A stretch of DNA of 64,000 nucleotides, taken from Amphiscolops sp. MND2022 (lineage: Eukaryota). Of the stretch, positions 1 through 12,539 are shown one piece after another. The number at the start of each line of letters is the position of its first letter. Within the stretch, counting starts at the first letter, position 1. The notes beneath the pieces are model-generated. The model was not told where the DNA came from and made no database searches. It was given only the letters and a program-made list of their open reading frames with translations. The stretch is from contig OZ076415.1 of assembly GCA_964187785.1 (NCBI GenBank), forward strand, positions 52,886,001-52,950,000, given 5' to 3'. Both the position numbers and the translations under genes were made by a program.

Positions 1-153
1 CCAATCGAGCCAAAACAACAGACACGACCCATCGTCAGCACCAACAAATCGAAACCATGACATGCCAGTCCCCATGGAAGAAGGGGAAATCGACTCAGAA
101 ACGGATCAAGAACCCTTGGTCCTGGAAGTACCAGCAATAATTGGGCACGGTAT

Positions 154-1200
154 GTGGGAGCAAAAAGTGTCCAGAATGTAAAGATGGGACACGCCCCAAA
201 AATTGCAGCCGAGGAACAAAATACCTGGAACCTGGAACAGGCAGTGCGGGAGACGGAGAAAAATTTTTCTACCGACCTACAGCTGTTGTTGATGACAGAA
301 ACAACAAACAATGCCAATCTACTAAAAACTCTGGTGTGCCTGGAGAGACAACAACATGAGATGATACCAAAGGAATACCAAACACACAGGACGAAACTAT
401 CAATCAGGTTCGGTCTCGTCTTCATGGAGGACAGAAATATAGTCCCGAAGAATCTCCGAACCAAACTAATCAGCCTGCTACATAAAGGACATCCTGCTAT
501 CAACAAAATGACCTCAGCAGCTCAACACTTCTGGTGGCCGAAGATGACTGAAGCAATACAGAAGAATAGCAAAACTTGCACCCCCTGCAATATGTATGGT
601 AAAAGCGTTAAACCTAAAACACCTAGTACGAAAAAAAACTTTACCAAATGTTAGCAGTCCGATCGAAGAAATTCAATTGGGTTTCATCGGACCAATCACA
701 GAAAAACAGCCGCCGATTTTACATACTACTGTCATCGTCCGGTTTAGTAAATGGCTGGTAGCCAGTTTCTGTAAACACACTAAACGGCTATAAAGTTTCT
801 CGAACAGTACATCCAGCTGAACAGCATACCGAAAACAACCAGAACGGACAAGGCAACTGCGTTCTGGGGACGCCTCTTTCGTGATTTCTGTAAAACAAAC
901 GCTTCATTGAATTGATTTGCGGGAAACCAAAATCCATATATCCACAGGTTTGGTAGAACAAGAGTTAGAACACTGAAAGAAAGCCTCTTATCGAACATCG
1001 AAATGGCGAACGCTTCGGAAAAGCCCTAGACTTATCGTTCGTTGTAATGAGAAAAACACCGTATACAAAACTTGAAAAAGTCGGCATTCGAACTCCATTA
1101 CGGTCAAAAACCAAACACGGAAGCTCCTAACTTGCTAAATTTGGATAAACTGAAAAATCTAACTTAAAATCCTTTTCAGCGAAACCTGATACCTTACAGG
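154..1200 (+). pseudogene. Gypsy pol remnant (RNase H tail/connector plus integrase), frameshifted
   Basis: HHCC zinc finger and DDE-core fragments spread over three frames with stops. Confidence 0.8.
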
Positions 1201-2257
1201 TATATACTCAGCGGAGTTGGCGGTGTGTCTGACCAGCTACCGATGAAGGCAAAGAAAACCGATAAAAGAGTTAGTAATTACCTCTTCCTTTTCTTAGAGA
1301 AAAAACTGAACTCGAAAGTACTTATACTGACAAACCAATTATAGCAGTATCGGGAACAAAACATACCGTCACTACACCAAACGGTGGAATAATACATAGG
1401 AAATGTATTAGTAAACCTATTACTGATTTGGACCAAGACTGCAACAACAACAGAGGAACCGGACCGAGAGGACCAGGCGGCCGGTTTACAAAATCACCAT
1501 CAAGCAGAAGAAGGTGTATATAATCGAATCCGACAACGAACCCGAGACACCACCACCAGAGAGAAGCAGTCCAACGGTACTGGAACAACAAGACAACGCC
1601 ACGGTGAAAAAGAGCACATTCAGCCGAGGCAGACCGAAACTTATAAGAGACTGGCAGAGTTCAAGCTCCCCTAAAAATTCACCGGGAAACGCGAGCAACA
1701 CCGGCCCGCCTACTATAAAAACCGCCAACATGACAGACACGGAGATCGATCGTGCTATTGAGGGAGGACGCTAGACAAGCAAACGAAGAGCTTTTTATCA
1801 GAGACGACAACGATAAGGTGTTTAAAAATCTTATTTCCTTTCCCAACACGGGAGAAGGGAACAACTTTCGAAACTCTGATCTAGACCTGGCTAGCAACCT
1901 GAGCTCAAGTACTGAACTAGAAGCAGACATTGAACATGAAGAAGAAAAAATAGAACGCAGATCAAAAAAGCCAATAAAACCAGTGCAATTATTAGATATA
2001 ATAACCCAATGTCATGATTACAAGAAACACCATAGAAAGCATGAACTCGGGTCAAACGGATATGGAGACGAGCAGCCCCAACTAATCCAAACAACGGACA
2101 ACAGTTTGACATCACGGACAGACATCCACCGTGACAACCATAAATGCCAGGATCGGTTACCCGTCCACAAAGCAATGTACCATTGGAGGAATCACCTCCT
2201 TACAGAAATTAAACAGAACCCCATTGGCCAAACAACAGCGAACAGTGAGAGGGGGAA

Positions 2258-2456
2258 TGTAGAGGACTCAGACAGGACAATCCACAATAATTAGTCTGCT
2301 TTTGTTGTCATCTTATTCTATTTATATGATGTTCTTTTATTGAATACCTGACCAATTAGTGCAGATGATACTTTGACCACTTAGAGTCAGAACATGATAG
2401 ATAACAGTTGAGTTTGAATGAAACTATCTTTGTTACCAATAAACTAGAATATAACA
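2258..2456 (+). repeat. 3' LTR of the Gypsy element (~200 bp)
   Basis: Starts TGT right after the PPT, contains AATAAA (2438-2443), ends ATAACA; the partner LTR lies outside the window so it cannot be compared. Confidence 0.65.
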
Positions 2457-5065
2457 TTAGCAAAACGCAATTTTTTCGAATACAAAATCAAAAAAAGCGT
2501 GCTGGGGCAAATTGTACATTTTAAGATTGTACGATTTTGTAGATCTTTTGTGGAACTACTTTGGCCATTTTGAAAAAAGAAAAGCCGAATTGGATTGAAA
2601 AAAACCGACGAAAAGCCACTATGATAGTCGCGTTTTTTTCGATAATGTGCCGACTAATAATCAGGCCTTGTAATAATCAGACTTCATTTTTATATAATGC
2701 TGCCACCAAAAATGCTTCTTGTTTAGAAAGATACAGTGAATCAATAGTTCTGAGATGTTTTCGTTTTCGGCAGTAAGGTTTTTTCACACTTCTTATCTGA
2801 TAGCCTGTTGCAAAACAACTCCATTCGTTGCTCGCGACATTTTGTTCTTTTATTGGTGTTAGACACTATAGATTCACTAGAAAACGTTCCAGACTCAGTA
2901 TCACAAAAAGGCTTCATTGTCAAAAACGATTATTCTTATTCATGAACAAATCCAATAAAAAAAATCAATCCCCTAGGTTTCCATTTTTGTTCTCAGAAGA
3001 TGCAGGCTTTGACAAACAATTCGTAGCCAATGTACTTGTTTAGATCATTGGACTTTCTCAAAAAAACACGCAACAAAAGTGTTCGAATGAAAATCTTGAA
3101 TGCAAGGTCCAAGAATTGATGTATCTTTTGTATTTTTGATCATTCCATGCAAGTCGAAAATAGAGATAATAGAGACAAAGCTCTTAATATTTCAAAACTG
3201 CAAACTTGTTGAACATTTGTTCGAACATTTGTTAAAGTAATATGGGATTGGCTGCACTAGAGTGCCAGAAACTCAACTGGCATCTTCTTCAAACTTTTAC
3301 CACCGTCCTGCTTGGATCAAACGACAAACTACTCACAAAAATAGGTGCTGTGATTTTGGAAAAATTCAAACAAAAAGTCAATTTGTCAGTAAGTAAGTCA
3401 TACAGTTTTCGTGTGACACATTCTGACCCTTTTGGACAGCCAACACGCTTGATTTTGCACGCTTGATATCATTGGTGGTTCTCTCTTTTTTGTAAATTTG
3501 TGAATTTATAACGTTTGTGACATGTGAAAAAAATAACTTTCTTTCTTTGCATAGACAGAAACGTTTCTCTTTCTCAGTGGTATGTTGGGCATTGACGTAT
3601 TTTAGATGCAATTCCAAATTTTCGGTTCATGCTTCACAAAATTTATGAGGTTCAGTTCTTGGAGCCATTCATAGGAAGGAGTTCATCCAGGAACAAGCTA
3701 AGCACTTTTCAAAGTTCACAGTGTGAAAAACTACAGGTTCATTCATCTTGGACAATTACTAGTAAGATCCACTTGGTCTGTAATTGCATTGGTTTTTTGT
3801 TGACCCGAGGAAGATAAAAACGAACTCAGCGAAATAATCAGTACCTTCCTTGACGTAAAAAGCACAGCCAAACGAATTTGCCACTGGAATATTTTTTTCT
3901 AAACAAGAATAAGCAACAACTGCATACTTTTTGCCACCTAAATCAAACTTCATTCACTTTTTAGAAATCTTTTTACTTGTATTTTTAGTGTGTACGCTCA
4001 AGCAATGTGCTACTAAGACAGAAACAAATGAGCACACAGCACAATTATGAAGCCAGTTGAGAAGTGTTCAACTTCGCAGCTACAAGCACTCTTTGATGAA
4101 TCTCTTTAAACGTCGTTTTGAATTTTAATTGTTCTTGATAACCGATCATGTTCGGCTTCACATAGATTTTTTTGAGGTTTTTGATATTGAATACTCAATA
4201 TAGAAACTCTCGTAACACTATTGATATTTTTATTACCATGGCTTACCAGCCCCACGAAAGATTTTGGCCTGGTGACCCTTTTTTGCTGAAAGAATTGGTG
4301 GCGAAAGAGAACAGTATTAGTGCCCAGCATGCTCATTACTCTCGTAGAAAGGTTAGAAATCTCTAAATTTGATTAAAAAAGCAACTAGAAGCACAATCTA
4401 ACATTAACGCTAGGTTGTGATCCTTGTTTTTTTCGAATGGTGCCTTACCAGATTTTGCCTTACCAGGGAAAAACGTAGGATGTCAAATTTCAAAGTCTAC
4501 ACAACTTTTGTCTTGAAACAAAAAAAGACACCTACCTGTTGAGAAGAAAATCAAGACCCGTTCTTTTGCTGCATTCCTTGCAACATCGTTAGTAATTGTT
4601 AGTGAACGTGACCCGCGAACGAATTTCACTAGTGAATGCAATACTTGTACGATGTAATCTATTGAGAGATGCAATCTTTTTTATCAAAGCATCTGATAAC
4701 GATCTTTCTCGGACATCCAAGGGACATATAAAGATCTTGAATTATTAAGGTGAAACTTTTTCCCAACAATGGTATGTTTCTCTAGTAAGATAAAATTCTT
4801 GAAGGTTTTTCAACAGTACTGTTATCTATTGAGCCTGAGTGAATGGTTTCTCAATTGTTTCTCAGTTTCAGAACTTAGTCAAAACAATTTCATAAAGAAT
4901 CTTATACACAATCAACTACTGTAAGACCCCTTTTTTCTCGGATTTACCAGCCGAGACAGGCGAGACATTGCTTTAGAAATTGCATGCCCAATAAATTGAA
5001 CTTGATAGAAAAGTGTTGACTGACAAACTGAAACAATACCATTTTTCCACGCATTTGTTGTTGTT

Positions 5066-5960
5066 TTTTAGTCGGCGTTTTTTGTGATGCGAAAAATGCC
5101 TGAATCTTACAGTGACCCTCTTTTCTTTTCTTCTCCAGACCACAGACCCCACATTGAAAAGTTCACTTTTTTGTTCATTTGTTCAACTTGAACTACGCAT
5201 GTCCAAAACATACTGTATAAGTCAAAACAAAACAGACGTCCAAAACCTGGAAAACATACTAAGGATCCCCCCTTGGCAATCTTGGTGTTTTTAACTTCAG
5301 TTTTTTTTGGCACTAGGTGACTTTTTTCGAAAATTTTTTTATTGCACCAAAGGACCCCCCTTCAATTTTTTTATATTTTGAAACAAAACAGATGTTGTTA
5401 AATCCCAAATGGTCCCTTTTACATTTTTCGGCACTATTAGACTTCAAAAGTCTCATTTTTTGATTTCAAAAAAATTCAATGTCTCCGAATACCCCCTTCA
5501 TTTTTTTCGATATTTTGTAACAAATTGGAGATTTTCAAAAACCCAAAGGTTCAACCCTTTCACAATTTTCGACATTGTAAGATTTTTCAAAATGATTTCT
5601 TTTTCAAAATTTGGTTTTCTCAGTGGGCCAGTACGCTATTTTGTTTTTTGAGGCCGTCATTTTTTCGGCAGTATGCGACTTTTTTTCCAATTTGCTTTCA
5701 TCGAAGCCCTCGACTTCTAAAAACGAAACGTTTTGCGAGGACTGCTTAGGGTTTTCGGCACTATGCGACATTTCCCGAAAAAAACTGTTTTCTTTTCCAG
5801 TTAGTGAAAAAGTGGTTTCCGAGTCTTATCGAGCATGAAGGGCACCCTTTGGCTGTGTCGAAACTGTTTTCTGAGCTTTTCATTAATAGGTACTGGGCAT
5901 ATTTCAAAAACTGCTCTTGAGCCTTAAATGATTCGCCGACTTAAGATGTTGCCCTCTTGT
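5066..5960 (+). mobile_element. Non-autonomous Helentron-like element (HINE), family A
   Basis: 5' tttttagtcggcg, 3' cgccgactt followed by a degenerate hairpin and cttgt; internal ggaccccc/gggg blocks shared with copies at 19.7, 42.3, 47.4, 52.0 and 63 kb. Confidence 0.65.
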
Positions 5961-6543
5961 AAATGTGAATAATTAGTAATAACTAGTACTAACTATAATG
6001 AGAATCATTAAAAATGATTCTCCATATTCATCCTTATTGTTTTTAATCGAGAATGAAATACCCAGCAAGGACACAGACGGCTTTAGATTTTCATTCTAAA
6101 ATCTTCAAAAAAATCTCGAGATTACATGCATACCTTGGTTCAAAAAAATGGCCGCGGGAATATTTTTGAAAAGTGCATATAGCTTGAAGGCGGCAATTTT
6201 TGGAACCAAGGTATATTTAAATACCATTCTGAATTTCATCAAACTAAAACAAGCTCATATCTATACATTTTACAGCTACGAGAAAAAAATTATATTGTCA
6301 GATTCGAAAAATATTTACGTCAAAATTATTTTGAAATCAACAAAGAGTAAGTGGGTCAAAACGTTGTTCCGCGTGCTATATTGCGTTTTCTAGAATAACT
6401 ACTGTATTTTCGTAGAAAACATGGCGCTCAGAAAATAGTTTGAGTCTCAAGTTGTCAAAGGTCATATGAAAATTGTAACAATGCTCATACCATTCATGAT
6501 ATTGCTCACTGTGGGAAAGTACCTCACTGTGGGTTTTTTCTAG

Positions 6544-7955
6544 GGAGATAGGAAGGATGAAATAGCAACTAATCAGTACAACAGACTGGAACAAGAATAC
6601 AAGAAGAAAAGGAACCCTTTTTCAGAAGACCACGTGTTCGGGGCAATATCCAAACCTCTCTCTAGGGAGGGCAAGAGATCAATTTCTGTGGAAGATATCA
6701 TTAGTGGGAAGTTCCAGGCCATAACGGAAACAGATCATCGTAGAAGAGCTCAGCGAAGACTGGAAGAAATTAAACCCAGCAGACAACAATCTTACAACGA
6801 GTTATTTTCAGGTAACCGCTTTTTAAATGATCACTTATATTGGATAATATTTCTAAAATTTAGTTGAGTTTGATTATGTAATTCCAGTCCTAATTTTGTT
6901 CGCCTGATATAAGTCTCTTTAGCTTTACCAAAATCTACGTCGACAAAGTCTCTTGATACAGATAACAATTTTGATGAGGGAATAACAGATCCATTGCGGG
7001 ACGGATGACTGATTGTAAATGTCCAAAAATTCTAGCTGCTCGTTGACAAACAATGAAGGTTTGAGACTGAAATTATCTCACGCGTTCATTTTTCTAAGAC
7101 GCCTACTTCTAAGTGAAGCAAAAAAACGAACCACATTAAAATTTTATTCAAAGTCGTAAAAATTGTAAACATGGCACTGGAAATTTTTCATATTCACTTT
7201 TCTGGATCTACAATTACGTGATCAATTATATCGATAACATAATCATCAAGATAGCGTCTCGGAACAAAGCGTGAGTTTGAACTGAGCTATCAATCAAAAA
7301 GCGCGAAGCGTGTTTACAAACTGCTTGCGTTTGAAAAAAAATTAACGGCTCTTTCTGATTGAGTTCTGATTGATTTAAGTTCGAAGTACTTGCCAAAACA
7401 GTTTGATGCTGTAAAAAATGGATGTTTGTCTGAATCATTGACAATCTAAATATGAAAGCTAAAGCTAGCAAACGTTCGATATCTTGTTGACAAATGTCTA
7501 CGTTGTCAAATGTTTGAAACCTTTACGTTTTTTGCCGGTCATCTGGCAGTAGCACCATTATGCTATGATCACGTCATGATAAATTGTTCTATTAACGATG
7601 AATTGTTTTATTAATGATGAATTGTTTAGTAAGCATGAAAAACTCACGCATCTTTGAAGCTCCCCTTCTACTACAAAATGAACTTTGAGATCTCTGCTTC
7701 TCTCTAGGCAGCAAAGATGACGATATGTTCAAGAGCCCCAGATTTGTCAAAATGGATTGGACAGAGATGCTAACAATTCCAGAAGAAGTTCAGGCAACAA
7801 ACAACGGAAGCAGAAGACCTGGACTCAGCAGTCGTAGTGTTAACACCGGAAGTACTATGCGGTCTCGTGGTTTAGAGTTTGCTCCAAAGAAACACTTCTC
7901 ACCCAATAATAGACGAAATTTCAGTCCTGCTAAAACAATATCCACCTTCCGCTAA
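6544..7955 (+). CDS. Last two exons (6544-6811, 7708-7955) of an unidentified host gene encoding a charged, probably disordered protein
   Basis: ttttttctag acceptor, open frame GDRKDEIATNQ...YNELFS, g|gtaacc donor; ctctctag acceptor gives an in-frame join to GSKDDDMFKSPRF...TFR*. Confidence 0.55.
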
Positions 7956-8558
7956 AGTTTTCATACATTTTTAAAACTTGTAGGTAAAAACACGTTTATG
8001 ATTTTCTAATTTTAACATTTTTCATTTTATGTTGCATTTTTTACAAGATGCCCGCTGAGCAGCAGGATAGTTTCTTTCCTCAATTTTTTAACGTGTACTA
8101 CAGGCAAAAGCGCCCCAATGCAAAGTGCCTCACTAATTTTCGAACGTAACTTTCGCCTCTAATTGAACGTAATTGACGGTACTGAATGAAACTAATACAT
8201 AAAACGTCAATGGTAATACCCAATTTAGTCTTTTCACACATACCAAATCACAATTAAAAACCAGTTAAAATACTAATTTCTGCACTTCTGAAAAATGCTA
8301 TTTGAATGTCTCAATGGTCCAACTTGATGCGTCGGGTTAGAAAACATAATTATTCAATCGGAGCGACGAAATTCAATATGGTTGTGGGAAAAGAGTTATC
8401 AAACCGCCAGTCTTCTTTGATTGGTGCGCTTATGACTGGGACGCCTTGTCTGTTAACCATATTTTAGAAACAAAATATTGCTAGGGCTCGGCAAACCTTA
8501 CACCTAAACTTTGTTACCATGATCCATCGGGAAATAAGTAAGTAAATGCTAGGTTCAA

Positions 8559-9950
8559 TTGGTTTTACTGCTTGTCGATGCACTTGTACCCGTGGCCTCC
8601 GGAACGAGAAGTACCTCTGTTCGAGAAGTACCTCTGTTCGATTCTTTAGATGGGGATTGCGTCATGTGTTTCAAGAACGGTGAGACTAATGCATTTGAAG
8701 AACTTCGTCCAGCTGTTTTATTTTCGTTTGATGTTGAAACCTACGTAACGATGAACTTCACAATTTCGACTCCAGCTCTAATTCATTTGTCAGTCTACTA
8801 TCTTCAGCCTTACCTGACTTACATGGTAAGATTACATGTCAATCAGATTATTGACGAACACCTATGTCATCTGAAGGAGGGAAGATATCTAATGCAGTCA
8901 AAGCTTTCGAATCCTGTTCGTGCCAAAAAATTTGACGTAATGGTTAGGATTCGAGTTTGTTTTGGAAGCAGGGAAAATGGCTCAGATGATTACATTTTGT
9001 ACTCTACTGAATTTTTCCGATGAACCCGATGAAGGTAGTTCGCACAGTAGGTTGCTCACTTATCCCTGATGGTTCGTAGTCAGTGAGCTCTCGAGGAGTT
9101 AGCATGAAACTTTCAAGGCCCACGTGAAAAGTCCAGGTTGGTTCAAACTTGAACAATTTGCTCATCTTATCATTGCACCAAGTGTCAATGTCAGAAGGCA
9201 TGGGTCATGTATGCAGGAAGACAACTGCTCATATTACATGGGCCCTGACTACTCAAGACCAGAAAACAAGCGTTATGACGGGCACACCATCAAGAGGCAT
9301 GTTGGATTTTGCTCCATGAAAATAACCCTTGATTTGGTGCGTTGAGATATGCTGTTTTTTTGTGCTTCTGGATGATTTGCATACTCCACTTGACCCGGAA
9401 GCCAATACAAATCTGGGTGTAGAATTTTGAAGTCAAAGCATTGCGTCGCAGCGAAAACGCGTGCCACGAGGGAACAATGTATTTTCCTTGTCTAGTTTGT
9501 GCGCAAAAGCCACTTCCAACTGATCATGATCTTTACATGTTGTGGCCTGACCAGTTCTTAAACTCCACTGTCTTCGATCAATTAGAACTGCTTGTTAATC
9601 TTTTTTTCCCATGTGGGTATCTGCTACTTTGCTTGGCAAATCACTTGAAATGTCCTCCAATTGCCATACTCTTTGGGTCATCTAGTCACTGACGTGTTTG
9701 GGTGCCCGTCGCCCTCTTGCCGAGCATCTGGTTTTAGTTTGTGTGACTACATGGTCTACTGCTGTTGTATCGTTCGGAGTGCGGATAGCTCTTTTTCCAG
9801 GTTTCACCTGGTCACCAGCGTTATTGTTCAGAGGAAGTTTCTTCAATGGCATTCTCTCGGGTTGTTCGTCAGGATCAGACACTAGTAAGTCTTTTTCCGG
9901 TTAATAATCTAACTCATCCTCATTCTCCTCGGTTTGCCTTTTGCTTGGTT
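8559..9950. other. Degenerate coding-like island of unknown origin
   Basis: Higher GC than flanks, 154-codon + ORF at 8559-9023, several broken frames on both strands, 17-bp tandem duplication gagaagtacctctgttc near 8607-8640. Confidence 0.25.
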
Positions 9951-10949
9951 TTCATGCAACTCAGTTATTTGAGAATTGGACGTTTTCCACGGTTTTGGAC
10001 GTCATTCCACTTCATTTGTTAATTTTTGGATAAGTTTGCTTCCTCAGTTTTATCTTTCGGTGCTATTTTTTGCTGAAGTCGTTCAACTTCGTTATTGGTT
10101 TCAAGTTGTCATTAAGCTTTTCTGAAAAATTCTATTTTTATACATCAAGGCTAGCACCTACAGAGGTGGAAATCACTGAATGCAACTATTTATTAATTAA
10201 ATCAATAATAATACCTGAATCTAGAAAAACTGAGAAGACTAATCAAGAAGAAGGATCTTTTTACAATCAAACCTATACTTAACATCCCACAGATGGGACA
10301 CGGCAAACCTGTAACCCTCGTGTCAATCTTGGGTCAACAAAACAAAAGGTCAAAAAGAGTAATGAAATTAAAAATAGCCTTTCCTTCCATTTATCCTATA
10401 AAAGAAATAACTTATTCAAGCACTCTTTAGTATCCATTTTAAATTCAATACATCGGAGGAGGTTAGGTGTTTTTCACAAATTTTTTTTTTGAAAAAATGC
10501 TTCTGCTTCGACTCGTTGTCTCGTAAAGCTAGTGACAAATTTGAAAACAGCGACAAAATTGAAAAGAAGAGTTCAAGTGAAATTGTCTAATTTATACAGA
10601 ACAGCTCTAACGAGTGTGTTCCCTGGTATAAAAGTTGAACGCCTTGTCAAAAGTGATTGTAAATTACATCAAACAGTCGAAATGATATTTCCCACAATGT
10701 TCATTTTGACAAGCAACAATCGAAGGGAATATATTGGATTGTCTGTACTGCCGACAAGTCGAAGTTGTACGACGAGGAATACCAGCAGTCTGCTGTTATC
10801 GATGACAGAAACTCGTACACATTAGTTTCAATTGCCATTTGAAAGTGACATGCAAACATTGCTCCGGGCACTTTTTTGACAGCTGCAGAGACAATTTTGG
10901 TGGTAACCACGAGGCTGACTCGCTGGATTGCCCAACTTAAAGCGAGCAA

Positions 10950-11809
10950 CCCAGGTTTTCGATCTTTGCGAATCTGTGCAGATCTGCAGGATTTTTTCTG
11001 CAGGGTTCTGCAAAGATCGTTGCACTGAATCTTGAAGATCCATACAGATCTGCAAGATCCTTGCAGAAGTGTGCAGATTTTCTTTAAAAATTTTTGCAGA
11101 AACATGTTTTTCTGCAGCTTTTAAGGAACAAATATACTGCATTCTTGGACTTTTTCAACTACTTTTTCGAGTATTTTATCTGACCTAGGGTCAGTCAGTA
11201 GAATCTCTCCATCACTCAAAATTCATGAGAAGGAAACATTGTCCCCATCACGGTAATTTTGGTTTCTAGGGAATATTTGGTACAGGTCATACACTAATTT
11301 ATGTATATCACTCGAACTTTCCATAAGCGGTTGTTCAACTTTGAGAGGCTCCTTTGCCATATTGACTTCGTTTTGGCAGATAAACCTTGACATGTGGCAA
11401 TTTTCTGGGTTGGTCGATGTGTTGATAAAGTGTTGTTGTTATAATATTTCCGCAACATAGTTTGCTGGAGTATTTTTAGTAACTGCTGTTAACTCGGAAT
11501 ACGTTATAGTAATTTATTTTTCATTGTTTGGCTCTGTAAAGATCTGTAATCTCTACAGATCTTTACAGATTGCTACAGAAAAATGTTTATCATTTCGACG
11601 TAAATGAGACTTCTCTCCAGTTTTAAACATTTTCATTATTCGTTTGACATCGCTGTGGGGTTTTATTTTGTTTCTGAGTACGTCAATTTTTTTTCGAATC
11701 GGCACAGATCTGGAAAGATCTGCAAAAATTCTGCAGATCTGCACATATCTGCAAAGATCTGCAAAAATCCTGCAGATCTGCACAGATTCGCAAAGACCGA
11801 AAACCTGGG
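10950..11809. mobile_element. Non-autonomous TIR (foldback/MITE-like) element with gcagatct sub-repeats
   Basis: Left end cccaggttttcgatctttgcgaatctgtgcagatctgcaggattttt; right end is its reverse complement (1 mismatch over ~45 nt); no clear TSD. Confidence 0.75.
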
Positions 11810-12229
11810 AAGTACAGAGTCACGTGGTCTACAAAAACCGATGTCAGAAAACCTTCATCTCAAAATGGTGGTTGTCGGAGGCTTGACAATCAATAAAGGC
11901 CTAGTCACATGGCATGGCAAAATGGCACAGAAAACCTACAACTAACCAAAACCGTTATTGATTCTCTTTATGAAACCAAAACATATATGCTCGCAAAAGT
12001 AAGAAATTTTCACGATGAACGTTTAATTCACTACGCAAGCAATAACGTTTAAAATTTCCTGTATCACAGTTCAAAACTGAATCGAATCGAAGACACTAAT
12101 GTCGACAATTTTGTTTCAACAGTTAGGTTTGACGGAGTGAACCTGCATATGTCAAACTTTAGGATGTCGGTGGCTCGAATGAATTGAATTTACTATCAAT
12201 GTACTCCAAAAATGCAAAGCACTTCTAGA

Positions 12230-12420
12230 GCAAATGTTTAGAAGACAGGCCTACTTGTTGTGATGAACTTGATAAATAGCTTCAGAGGTGGCAATAATTT
12301 AAATTTGAGACATTTGGACGACATCTCTGACGCTGTTTCATTGGTTTTTCTCTGCACTTGGGCTGAAAGAACTATCACAACCAAGTTAGATAGTTCCATT
12401 TGGTTTTGGTTTTATCTTTT
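12230..12420. repeat. Dispersed repeat, second copy at ~25170-25350
   Basis: Shared ttgttgtgat...ggcaat...ttgagaca(t/a)(t/c)tggac(g/a)acatctctgacgctgttt...tgggctg block. Confidence 0.7.
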
Positions 12421-12539
12421 CAAGGATTTCTTCTTTTACTGATTGCTTCACTGTGGTGGTTGATTTTTTAGGAGATTGGCACACACCCAAATGAGATATT
12501 CCTGCAATTGGTTAGTTTTTGAGGTTGAGTTGTAATCAA

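Larger units (their letters stand above)
1..2456 (+). mobile_element. Ty3/Gypsy LTR retrotransposon, 3' portion (degenerate pol end, 3' extension, PPT, 3' LTR)
   Basis: Integrase Zn-binding motif HKGHP...HFWWP...CTPC (ORF 154-654); core remnants IQLGFIGP, RFSKW, RTDKATAF, GLVE in shifted frames; purine tract gagagggggaa (2247-2257) directly followed by TGTAG... Confidence 0.85.

Noticed and set aside
1752-2294. env-like third ORF of the Gypsy element
   Set aside because: No signal peptide, transmembrane segment or furin site, and it runs into the LTR.
3600-4700. Possible transposase or ATPase remnant
   Set aside because: Broken frames on both strands with no diagnostic motif I could support.
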